From: Alphaproteobacteria bacterium
Lineage (GTDB): Bacteria; Pseudomonadota; Alphaproteobacteria; UBA6615
NCBI GenBank assembly: GCA_021774575.1
Contig: JAJFIX010000023.1
Span: 4,166 to 68,165 of the forward strand
Length of the DNA: 64,000 bases
Direction: 5' to 3'
The notes beneath the pieces are model-generated. The model saw only the letters and a list, made by a program, of their open reading frames with translations. It had not been told where the DNA came from and did not search any database. Positions 18,415-29,500 of the stretch are shown in pieces; position 1 is the first letter of the stretch, and each line of letters begins with the position of its first letter. A program made the position numbers and the translations under genes.

Positions 18415-19194
18415 ATGCCAATGAAAAAGCAAAAAGATCCACTTTGCGGCATGATACTTCATGCAGAGCGTGGCAAATGCGCTTCCTGCGAAGTTCGGGC
18501 ACTCTCAATCTGCGCGCCTCTGGATCGGTCCGCTCTGGAAGTGCTGGCTGACTTGTCGGAGGTGGTAAATTTTAGGAAGGGTGACAGTATCTGCGCCGAA
18601 GGCGATCCGGTGGATTATTTTTTTACCGTGCAGTCCGGGGCACTGAAGACGTGTCGGTTACAGTCGGGGCGCCGTGACCTTGTGACCGGCTTTTTGTTTG
18701 GCGGAGATTTCCTCGGCCTGGCATTCTTTGCCGGGCAAATTGAGGCGGATACTCATTACCCATATGCCGTCAGGGCCTTAAGCAAGGGCCGCCTGTGTCG
18801 GCTGCCAAGACAGGCATTTTCCAAATTCATTGCCGATTATCCGCTTATTGAGAAACAAATTTTGGCAAAAATTTCGTTGAAACTGGAGCAGGCGGAAAAT
18901 CATATCCTGTTGCTTGGCAGAAAGAATGCGCGAGAAAAAATCTCTTCTTTCATTTTGCAACTTGATGACGCGCAGAGATTTGCTCGTCAAAATCTGGAGA
19001 GTGATTTTCAAGGTGTCGATACCGTTGATTTTCCTTTGGCGCGCCATGATATTGCCGATTACCTGGGAATGACTCCCGAAACAGTCAGCCGTGCCTTAAC
19101 TCAGCTGAAGGAAGACGGCTTGATCCGGCAACTCAGCTCACGCTGTGTTGCGCTCGTCCAGCGACAAATGTTGGAAGAGATAGCCGCAGGGTAG
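18415..19194 (+). CDS. Crp/Fnr-family transcriptional regulator, FnrN/FnrL-type with N-terminal Cys cluster
   Basis: N-terminal C11, C22-x2-C25-x7-C33 plus central Cys residues. Contains a cNMP-binding-like beta-roll. C-terminal HTH HDIADYLGMTPETVSRALTQLKEDG carries the E--SR motif used by FNR to read TTGAT half-sites. Confidence 0.9.
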   Translation: MPMKKQKDPLCGMILHAERGKCASCEVRALSICAPLDRSALEVLADLSEVVNFRKGDSICAEGDPVDYFFTVQSGALKTCRLQSGRRDLVTGFLFGGDFLGLAFFAGQIEADTHYPYAVRALSKGRLCRLPRQAFSKFIADYPLIEKQILAKISLKLEQAENHILLLGRKNAREKISSFILQLDDAQRFARQNLESDFQGVDTVDFPLARHDIADYLGMTPETVSRALTQLKEDGLIRQLSSRCVALVQRQMLEEIAAG

Positions 19195-19220
19195 ACGGGG
19201 GGTTAGGTGTTCAAAAAGAA

Positions 19221-19260
19221 GCCCCGCCAGCTGGATGAAGCTGACGGGGCCTGTATTTTT
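19221..19260. terminator. bidirectional rho-independent terminator between convergent genes
   Basis: GCCCCGCCAGC-tggatgaa-GCTGACGGGGC hairpin, flanked by caaaaagaa on the left and ctgtattttt on the right. It sits between the fnr-type gene (+) and the cytochrome c gene (-). Confidence 0.6.
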
Positions 19261-19275
19261 GTGATCGATACGGGT

Positions 19276-19641
19276 TTATTGAGTGGCTAGAAATTCAACA
19301 ATGTCGGCGGCGTCTTGGGCATCTCCGACGCCGGGAAAGGCCATGCTGGTGTCGGGTACGAGTACTTGAGCCTCGGCAATGTACAGCAATAGCGTCTCTT
19401 CATCCCAGGTGAGACCAGATCCTTTCATCGCGTCGGAATATTCGAAATCGGCGAGGTCGGCCGCGGGTCGTCCGATAACACCGGCCAGGCTCGGCCCGAT
19501 GATATTTTCGCCAGCCGTCAAAGAATGGCACGCAGCGCAGACCTGAAACAGGTCTTCACCCCGCGCGGCGTCTTGGGCCAGTATAGGCGTTCCGCTCGCC
19601 AGCACTATTGCGGTCGCCATTATTGATATTGTTGCTTTCAT
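19276..19641 (-). CDS. class I c-type cytochrome (c2/c550-like), secreted
   Basis: Signal MKATISIMATAIVLASGTPILA, haem motif CAACHSL, and a distal Met region (DTSMAFPGV). RBS GGAAGGAA. Confidence 0.9.
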   Translation of the reverse strand: MKATISIMATAIVLASGTPILAQDAARGEDLFQVCAACHSLTAGENIIGPSLAGVIGRPAADLADFEYSDAMKGSGLTWDEETLLLYIAEAQVLVPDTSMAFPGVGDAQDAADIVEFLATQ

Positions 19642-19760
19642 AGCCGATTCCTTCCGTCATTCAGTCATTCAGTTGAGTAAGAACGAATAATCGGCATAAA
19701 AGCCGCCGACTTGGCATGCGACCGATTGTATGCAAGGTAGCTAATTGGTGCTGATTTTCC

Positions 19761-19774
19761 ATGATCTATGTCAG
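19761..19774. promoter_or_regulatory. weak FNR-like half-conserved site ATGATCTATGTCAG
   Basis: Matches 7 of 10 positions of TTGAT-N4-ATCAA, about 120 bp upstream of the cytochrome c start. Low confidence. Confidence 0.25.
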
Positions 19775-19902
19775 CATTCCAGTTGATTAGGAAGCTAAGG
19801 CAGCTCCTTTAGTGGCCGTCTCGATGGATCTATCGCGGGAAAACGATGGTCCGAATCGACTAGATGGCGTGGTTTTGGAAAAACGACTCTAACCGCCCCT
19901 CC

Positions 19903-20329
19903 CTATCCACAGATTTAGGGGCTCGATAAGTAAATTATCCATAGGGACGGTGACCCGGTATTTGGATCGTATCTATTTTTACGTACCGCGTGGAGATGCC
20001 GCTGTTCAAATTCGGGAAATTGCCCCTGTGGACAAATACGAATTTGTGTACAGGTTTTGGTAGTCATGTCGGGTTATCCACAGAGGTGGCGCCTATTTGC
20101 AACACCCAAATGAACTATTCCATATAATTCGGTCGAGCTATAGATTTGTTGGGCCCGTGAGTTGGTGCAACTACAAGACCGACTGAACTGTCCTAAGACC
20201 GTTGTGCAGTCTGAACTTTATGAAGGTTTTTCAATTCAATTTACGTCGCTGGAACGGCTCAAAAGTGGCCCAATTTGGGGGTCGGTTATCGAGCCGATTG
20301 CCTGTGGAAAAAACATGGTTTCATCCACA
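19903..20329. promoter_or_regulatory. cluster of six DnaA-box-like 9-mers (one perfect TTATCCACA)
   Basis: Sites: CTATCCACA 19903-19911 (+); TTATCCATA 19935-19943 (+); TGTGGACAA 20027-20035 (-, TTGTCCACA); TTATCCACA 20074-20082 (+, perfect); TGTGGAAAA 20303-20311 (-, TTTTCCACA); TCATCCACA 20321-20329 (+). All fall in an approximately 0.8-kb non-coding stretch. Confidence 0.5.
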
Positions 20330-20531
20330 GGGCTGTGTACTGTTCTGAGTTGTGGCGAGACCGTGGCTTGGACATCGGGGGAATCAATGAATATCGAAAC
20401 ACTGCCTTCAGCGGCAGTGTGCTGCTCTTGGCAAGGTATAACCTGTCGGGGTTGCGCAAATGTGGGGGCGTGCTTTGGACGATAACCGTTTTCGATCGCG
20501 GTTATTTGGCCGGCCGTTTTCTTGCCGATTA

Positions 20532-23500
20532 ATGCAATACAGAAATGACGGGCCTTCGAGGTCATTTCTGCATTTGGCTGCAGTCGCGCTCTTTTCTGCG
20601 TCACTTTTGGGCTTTGGCGGAGATGCTGTTGCGCAGAGCGTGGATTGGGTGCTCAACCTCAACGACACCGGCTCCGATCCGACCGCCGCCGGTGGAACCA
20701 TCACCTACAATATCAACGTTTCCAATAACGGGGCCGACCCAGCACCAGTGACGACGATCGATCTCGACGTGCCCGCAGGGACAACGCTCGCGGCGACGAG
20801 CGGGACGATCACCGGGTGCGCACCGGTCCCGACTGCCGGGCCTGCCACCGTTACCTGTACGATTCCGGCATTGGCGGCGGGGGGGGCTGTCGATCTGTCA
20901 GCCGATGTCGTTCCGGTCGCTTCGGGAACTGTGACCATCGGCGCGCACGTGCCGACCACCGTGGGCGCAGTAACCGATTTCGATACGGCTAACAACGATC
21001 AAACTGAAAACACGACGATTACCGCAGGGGCGGATGTCGAATTGCTGATTTCCGGGCCAGCCACAGCGGCTTCGGGCAGCCAGATTAGTTACAGCTTTGA
21101 TGCAACCAATAACGGCCCCGATCCGGCGTCAAACCTGACCCTGAGTTTTCCTATACCGACGGGGGTTTCCAACATCACCGAACCGCCGGGCTGTTCCCTG
21201 TCTGCGAGCACCTATACTTGTGCGGTCTCAGGGCCTCTCGCGCCGGGTGCCAGTGTCTCGCTGGTTTTTGACGTTCAGATTTCCGCTGCCTCCGGGTCGA
21301 CGGTGACGCCGGTCGCAACTATCTCCGTCGGCTCGCCAGTTGATCCGCTGGCCAGCAACAACACCGACAGTCTCGACACAGATATCACAGCGGGAACCGA
21401 TCTTCGTATCACCAAATCGCGGAGCCCATCGGGCACGCTTCTGGTTGGCGATACCGTAACCTTCACCCTTGCTGGAAGCTACACCGGTGACGACCCCAGC
21501 GGGATCACAATAACCGACACCATCCCGGCAATCTACGCCATCCAATCGGTTACGCCGTCTGCCGGTAGCGGGTTTGCCTGCACCGTGACCTTGCAGGATA
21601 TTTCCTGCTTGCGGGCGACAGGTGCTGGTCCGGGGGGCAATGTTTCCTTGGGCTCTATCTCCATTGTGGCAACAGCCATAACGGCAGGATCGGCTGTTAA
21701 TACAGCGACCATCGTCGCGACAGGCCCTGTTGATTCAAACCTCTCAAACAATAGCGACACCGACGGCGGTGCGACAATCCAAGATCCAACTGTCGATCTG
21801 CGGGCGAACAAGTCCGGTCCAAATCCGCCGCTCATTGTTGACGGCAATAGTTATGATTTTTCGATCAGCGCTACCAATATCGGCAATGCAGATTTTTTCG
21901 GTACGATCGTTCTAACCGATAGTCTGCCGGCGGGGTTGACGGCGACCGGATTTGTCTTGAACGGATGGACTTGCGCGCCGGTTCCCGCAGCAGTGTTGCC
22001 CATTGCGGGCCCAGCGGTGATTGAATGCACGCAAATTTTTACCTCCGGAAGTCCACTCGCCTCCGGTGCGACGACTTCGAGTGCCGTTATACAGACGACG
22101 GCCACTGCGTCGGGAACCATCACCAACAGTGTCACGGTCTCTTCCCCCGATGCAAATATTGCAGACAGCAATTCTGGCAATGACGTTGCGACCACGACCG
22201 TTACCGGCAGCACACTCGGCGCCTCGGCCGATATTCTCGTCGAGAAGACGGCTAGCCTTGCCACACTGCCGGCAGGCGATGTGCAGACCTTTACCCTTCG
22301 TGTGGTCAATAACGGTCCCATCGCTTCAGCCAACATTACTCTCACCGACAGTCTGTCCGGATTGATCAACAATTCGGTGGGGCCGACCGGTGCTGGGTTG
22401 ATCAGCGTCGACGACACTTCGTCGGTAGGGTTGGCTACGGGGCTGACATGTTCCACCGCCTCGTCGGGGGGCAGCTCTCGCCTCTTGACCTGTACCATCG
22501 TGAATTTGCCGGTCTGTGTGGGCGCCGACTGCCCGATCATCACTGTGCAAGTTCGCCCCGGCGGCAATGGCGGTTCGCGGACCAACACAGCCGACGCTAT
22601 TTCTTCGGTCACCGTCGATTCCGATCTGACGAATAATTCGGCCAGCGCTACTTTCACAGTAGAGCCCCGCGCCGATATGACCGTGACCAAGGTCTCGTCG
22701 CCGTCTCCGGCTACCGCCGGGCAAGATCTGACCTATGTTCTCACCGCGCGAAATATCAGCAATGGTCTCAGTGCTGCAGCGAGTGTGACGATAACCGATA
22801 CGCTGCCGAACAATGTAACTTTTGTCTCCGCATCGCCCTCGGCTGGGAGCTGCACGACCACGCCGATACTCAATTCGACGACCGGTGCTGGCAACAATAC
22901 GGTGAGCTGTTCTCTTGGCACGATCAATAACGGCGCCCAGCGGACGGTGACGATTGTCACGCGGCCGAACTTCGTGACCCGCGGCACCACTCTTTCCAAC
23001 AATGTGACCGTTGCCACGACGACGATCGAGACCGATGGCACCAACAATTCGGCGATCAATCTGACCCCGGTTGTGGTTCCTGTGCTCGACCTTCTGGTAA
23101 ACAAGACCGATAGCGTCGACCCTGTCGCGGTTGGGGATGACACGGTCTTTTCTATTTCGGTGCAGAATATTGGCCCATCGGCGGCTGAAAACGTCGTTTT
23201 TACCGATGTTATGCCGCCGTCTCGGCTGAGCTTCCAATCTGTCATCGTCTCAGCGGGGGGGAGCTGCCTAACGGTTCCTGCGGTCGACAGCTTCGGGCAA
23301 ACCCTTGAATGCGACTTTCCGCGGCTTCTTGCGGGCACCTCGGAGACAATAACGGTCACCATGCGGGGCACCGAAAAGGGTACAGTATTCAACACAGCCG
23401 ATGTGACGTCCGATGAGGTTGTCGCCGGATTTGATACCAACACCACCAACAATAATGTAATGGAGCAGACGACGGTCCGTTCCAAGGCAGACCCCGAAGT

Positions 23501-26500
23501 AGTGAGCAAAGTGGCTTCGGTTAATCCGGTCAATTTGCGCGACAATTTCAATTTTGTCATTACGGTTCGCAACAATTCCGGTGCGGGTCTGGCTGAAGCT
23601 GATGATGTCCTGGTTTCCGACACGCTACCGACGGGTATGGTTTTGACGGGGCCGCCAACCGTCACAGCCGGGCTGGCCAATGTCACAGGCTCAACCTGTA
23701 CTGGGCTTGCCGGTGAGACGTCGTTTACGTGCGACCTTGGGACATTTACCGGAGGAGGAACGGCGGAAATCACCGTGCCGGTCGAAATTACCTCGGTGAG
23801 CTCTAACCCGCAGACTATTGTTAACACGGCGTCGATCACGACCTCATCGCTTGATGTCAATTCGGCGAACAATACGAACTCGGGTTCGGTCGATGTGAAC
23901 TCTTCGTCAATCTCTGGCAGCCTCTTTCGCGATTTTACGGACGACGGTGCGATCACGGCTGGAGACACCGGGATCGGCGCTGTGACGATGACGCTCACCG
24001 GTACCAGTGCCGATGGCGCCGCAATTTCGCGGACCGTTGCGACGGCAGCCGATGGGACATTCACATTTGCCCTGCTGCCCGAGGGCAACTATACGATTAC
24101 ACGCGGCACACCTTCGGAGCCTAATCTGGTAGACGGGACCGACACGCCGGGGACTGCCGGCGGAACAGTCAGCGCGCCGATCACGATCGCCGGTATCTCG
24201 CTGGGCGGGAATACGGCCGCAGCGAATTATCTCTTTGCGCTGATCCCCCAGGCCTCTATCGGCATTGCCAAGACAGTGCAGTCGGGGCCGACACCCAATG
24301 CAGACGGGTCTTACAATGTTACTTTCCGGCTGACCGTCGAAAATTTGAGCCTTGAGGCCTTGGAGAACATTGTAGTGGACGACGCCCTTGCCGGCGCGTC
24401 CCCTTTGTTTGGGGCCTTCAGTGCCCTGGCAACCCCGGCGACGGATCCGCTGGCGCGCGGGAGTTACACCATCCTGGCGGCACCTTCGGGAAGTTGCGGC
24501 GGTTTGCAAGCTGGGTTCGACGGTAACGCCGCACAAACAGTGGCCACCGGTTTTGGGCTAGCCATCGGCGCCACCTGCACCATCGACCTGATACTTCGTG
24601 TGCAACCCAGTGTTCCGTTCCCGCCGGTTCTGGCCTCGGGCGGGCGGTACGAGAACCAAGCCACCGTCGATGGGCAAGGCGCTGTCACCGGCCAAACTTC
24701 GGCCACCAACGCGCAACTTGCCGACAGTTCAGATAATGGCGTCAACCCCGATCCAAACAGTAATAGCCAGGCCAACGAAGCGGGCGAGAACGATCCGACG
24801 CCGGTTGATCCGGTCTATGTGCGGTCCGTCGGATTGGTGAAGACGGTCGATACCGGCGCCCTTTCAACACCGGCGGTCGCAGGCGATATTTTGACCTTTG
24901 GCTTCACGGTGACCAATACCGGTGACGTGACGTTAACCGGTCTGACACTAGCGGATCCGCTGCCCGGCATTTCGGTCTCGGGCGGGCCGATTGCGAGCCT
25001 GACACCGGGCGCGTCGGACAGCCTAACCTTTACCGCGACCTATACGCTCACCCAGGCCGATGTCGACGCCGGGCAGGTGGTGAACCAGGCCACGGTTTCC
25101 GGTATTGATCCATTTGACGGGACGGTGACCGATCCATCGGGTACGACGACCACCAATGACACGCCCCTGACGACGACGCTTACGCCGGGACCGGCGATTG
25201 GGCTGGTTAAGACCGCCAATGCTTCGGGGCTTTCAAGCCCGTCGGTTGTTGGAGAGCGGATCACCTATTCGTTCGCCGTCACCAATACGGGCAATGTGAC
25301 GCTGTCGAATGTAACGCTAACCGATATCCTGCCGGGGATCGTAATCTCGGGCGGTCCAATCGCAACGCTGGCGCCGGGTGCGACCGACGCTACGACTTTC
25401 ACCGCGACCTACGACATCCTGCAATCGGATATCGACGCGGGCCAAGTATCGAACCAAGCAACCGCGACCGGCTCGCCTCCATTTGGCGCGGATGTAAACG
25501 ATTTATCGGGCACGACGACAGGCAACGATACGCCAACCGTCTCGTCGGTCACCCAGGCCCCGGCGATTGATCTTCAAAAGACGGCCGATGACAGCGCCTT
25601 TCTGGTGACCAGCGCGGTACCCGGCGACACCTTGCCCTTTACTTTCCAGGTTACCAATATCGGCAACACGACTCTAACCGGTATCACGATAACAGATCCG
25701 TTGCCGGGGATTGTCATCACCGGTGGACCGATTGCAAGTCTCGCGCCCGGGGCGACGGATAGCACTACGATTTCTGGCAGTTACTCGATCACTGCCGCCG
25801 ACATCCTCGCGGGGCAAATAGATAATACGGCGACAACGACCGGCACCTACACAGACTCCGGCGGTAGTCCCCAGACCGTGACCGACACCGATAGTGCGAC
25901 AGGTATTGTCGTTGCCATCGACGCCAACCCGGAAATCTTTCCGCCATTCACCACCGATGGCGGCACGACGACATCAATGCTTGCCTCCGATAGCGTGGCC
26001 AACCAGCCGGCGACCCTGGCGAATGTGACGATTTCGGTCGTCACCACTGACCCGGAATTGACCCTTGATCCGGCAACGGGACTGATCACGCTCGCTCCTG
26101 GAAATCCGGCAGGTGAGTATTTCGTGACGTATCAGATTTGCTCGACTGCCAGTCCAGCGGTTTGCGACACGGCGATCGAAACCGTGACCCAGAGTGCGAT
26201 CCCCTCGATTGAAGCCACGAAAACGCAAGTCTTGACCGACAATGGCGATGGAATCGACGGCGTTGGCGACACGCTCACCTATACGATCACCGTGGAGAAT
26301 ACCGGCAATGTTCCGGTCGAAAACATTGCCCTGACCGACACGCTCACCACGCTCAACACCGGCTTTGGATTAACGCTCGACGGCGGTCCGACTTTCGTCT
26401 CCGCAAGTTCCGGGTCCCTCGAAGGTGATCTGGCGATTGGCGAAACGGCCACCTATACGGCAAGTTTCACGCTGACTATTGATGCCTTAATCGGTGGTGG

Positions 26501-29500
26501 CACGTCGAACACAATAACTGTCGACGCCTTGCCGGTTTTTGGCCCGGCCGTGCCGGGCACGCCGGCGCCGATCCTCGATGTTTCCGATGACGGCGACGAT
26601 GGCGATGGAAATACGACCGAAGATCCCACCCAATTCCCGATCGCGTCTTCACTGGCCGCGAGCGGGCTCACGGTGACAAAGACCACCCCACGAGGGATCG
26701 TCGAACGGGGGCAGATCGTGCCGTATACGATTGCCATCCGGAACGACAATCCGGTCGTTTCGGGCCAGCTCGATATCGTTGATGTTTTGCCGCCGGGGTT
26801 CCTCTACTTGGATGGATCGGCAACCCTAGACGGCACGCCATTCTCGGTCGATGTTGCTGGACGGGTCGTCACTTGGCCCGACGTGCCGGTGCCGCCCCTT
26901 ACCACCGTCACGGCGACCTTATCGGCCCGCATCACCACCGGTGCGCCGTCCGGCGAATTGGTCAACCGGGCGAGTGCGCGCAATCCGAACGACAATACCC
27001 CCCTCGCGCCGGTCGCCACCGCGACGGTCCGCATTCTTCCCGAGGCGGTCTTTGATTGTGGCGACGTGATCGGCAAAGTGTTCGATGATCGTGATCGCGA
27101 CGGTTATCAGAACCCGGATAGGTCGGAGCCGGGTATCCCGGGTGTTCGGTTGGTGGGGATTGACGGCACGACAATTGTGACCGATGAGTTCGGCCGGTTT
27201 CACGTGCCCTGTGCGATGCTGCCGGATGATCGCGGCACAAATTTCATTTTGAAAATCGACCCCCATTCATTGCCCGCCGGTTATGGGATGACGTCGGAAA
27301 ATCCGCGGATCGTCCGGTTGACTCGCGGCAAACTGACGGAAATGAACTTTGGCGCGACGGCCGAAAACATTGTGCGCATCGATCAGAACGCCCGTGTTTT
27401 TGTGCCCCAATTTGGTGGGCAATTCGACCTCATTGCGGCGCGCCCAGTCGGGCTTTCGGCCTTGGTCGACCAGATCGCGCTGGACCCACAACGCCCGACC
27501 GAAATTCGCGCGATGGCGGCCGGTATTGATATTCGGTTCGACACCCTGGACGAACGCCGCTTCCTGAATGTCACGACTATGGGTCTTCGCGCCGCCTACC
27601 GGGCCGGCGAGACGGTCATATTTCGGACCTCGTCCAATTATCCGCGCTTTATTGTTCGATCTGAAATCCGCATCCGCGATCGGTCCCACCGACGGCTGAT
27701 TGCCGTATTGCCGGTACTGCCGAATGGCCAAATGCCATGGATGGTCCCCCAAAGTGGGACGGGCGAATTCGATTATGTGTTGCGGGTCTATGACGGGCGG
27801 GGGCGTTACGATGAAACCGAGCCGCTTTCCCTGGTGCGCACGGCCCGTTCTTTTAACACCCATGAAACGGTGCGTGGTGCCGCCATAGCGCCGGGCGAGG
27901 GCGAGGATCGTACTGCCATTCGCAACATACCGATCCGGGGTGGTCTGGTGACGGCGGCGGGAGAAGGTTTGGCCCCGGGCACCCGCGTCTTGGTTATGAG
28001 TGAGGAAGTGACCGTCGATCTTTCCGGTCGATTTGTGGTCAGCCGGATCTTGCCGGTTGGGGAGCATGAGGTCGCCGTCGATGTTGCCCATGCCGGTCAG
28101 GTATCGCGGGTCGTGCGCAACATCGAAGTTCCGGCGCTGACAGCATTCAGTGTCGGGATCGTCGATTTGACCATCGGCAAGCAGCTTGAGAACGACCTGG
28201 CCGATGCGGATCCAGATTATGATGATACCTATGCTGAAGGAAGGCTGGGCTATTACGGCACTGCGATTCTTCCCGACGGCACCCGTGTCACCATGTCGGT
28301 CGATACCGGGAACGGCTCGCTCAAAGACGCGTTCCGCCGTCTCGACGACCGGGATCCGCGTGACGTTCTCCAACGGCTCGACGAGGACGATCTCTATCCG
28401 ACATATGGTGACGATAGCACCGCATATGACGATGCGCCGACGTCGGGACGGGCATATTTTCAGATCGAACGTGGCGGGGCCAGATTAACCTGGGGCGATT
28501 TCCAATCGGCGATTGCCGGGCCGGAATTTCTGGCCGGAAAGCGAAATTTATACGGCGTGGACCTGAATTATACGTCACCCGTGGTCACGACCCGTGGCGA
28601 TGCCCGCGCTCAATTATCCGCTTACTTCGCCCAACCCGATACGTTGCCGGCACGGGACATAATGCGGGGCACCGGCGGTTCGGTGTATTTTTTATCACGC
28701 CAAGATATCAATAATGGTTCGGAAACGGTGACAGTGCAGATCCGGGATCCGCAAACAGGGCGCATCATTTCGACGACAACATTGGTGGCGGACCTCGATT
28801 ATGACATCAATAATATTCAAGGCGTCATTGTCCTGGCGGCGCCACTGGCTTCGTCGACGACTGACGGCGGATTGATATCGTCGGGTGTCGTTGGAGAATT
28901 CGACGTCAACCTGGTGGTTCAATATGAATATACGCCGACGGCTGGCGACTTGGATGGCGCCTCGGGTGCCGGACGGGTCGAGTTATGGGCGCGGAACAAT
29001 TTGCGCCTGGGCATTACCGGCATGCGCGAGAATACCGGCGTGGCCGATCAAGATATGTTCGGTGCCGATCTGCGCTGGAACCTTGGCGAGACAAGCTATG
29101 TTGAGACAGAGTTTGCGCAGACGGTTGGCCCCGGCTTTGGGCGCACGCTCTCGGCCAATGGCGGGCTGACCCTGGATATGACGGGGCCGGGAACCGGCAC
29201 GCGCGCCGACGCGCTCCGGGTCGATGGTCATCTCAATTTCGCCGAATTAAATTTCGGGCTGGAAGGGCATCTGGATTTCTACTACGAGCGCAAGGACGCT
29301 GGATTTGCCACGTTAAACGAGGATATTGCCGAAGACCGAGAGTTGGTCGGCCTCTCTTCGGAGTTGGCGCTTTCACCCCGATTGCGACTTGGCATCGATG
29401 TCGAAGATTTCCAGAAGCAAGGGCGCGAGCATACGCAGACGAGCGAAGTGCGGGCGTCTTATAGTCTAAACAGAGTTTTGACCCTGTCCGGCGCCGTCGA

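Noticed and set aside
19642-20460. Calling this region oriC outright.
   Set aside because: The DnaA-box density is real. However, there is no dnaA, dnaN, hemE or parAB context, no obvious AT-rich unwinding element, no CtrA sites, and GANTC is not enriched (4 seen versus about 3 expected). I report it as a candidate only.
20162-20485. A 107-aa ORF with a Cys-rich C-terminus (CCSWQGITCRGCANVGACFGR) in the long intergenic region, with overlapping ORFs at 20236-20604 and 20275-20532.
   Set aside because: There is no RBS and no recognisable fold. It overlaps the DnaA-box cluster and the probable 5' region of the giant gene, and three mutually overlapping ORFs on both strands suggest chance. It cannot be excluded as a small peptide gene.
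21851-24088. Long minus-strand ORFs (21851-22690, 22326-23237, 22733-24088; up to 451 aa) opposite the giant gene.
   Set aside because: They lie wholly antisense to a repeat-rich, GC-rich ORF with clear domain content. Their translations are low-complexity (Ser/Thr/Val/Pro/Arg runs) with no recognisable motifs. This is the typical stop-codon-poor antisense frame.
27267-28373. A 368-aa minus-strand ORF inside the giant gene.
   Set aside because: Same reasoning as above. It is Arg/Gly/Pro-rich nonsense-like sequence antisense to coding sequence, with no start context or family features.
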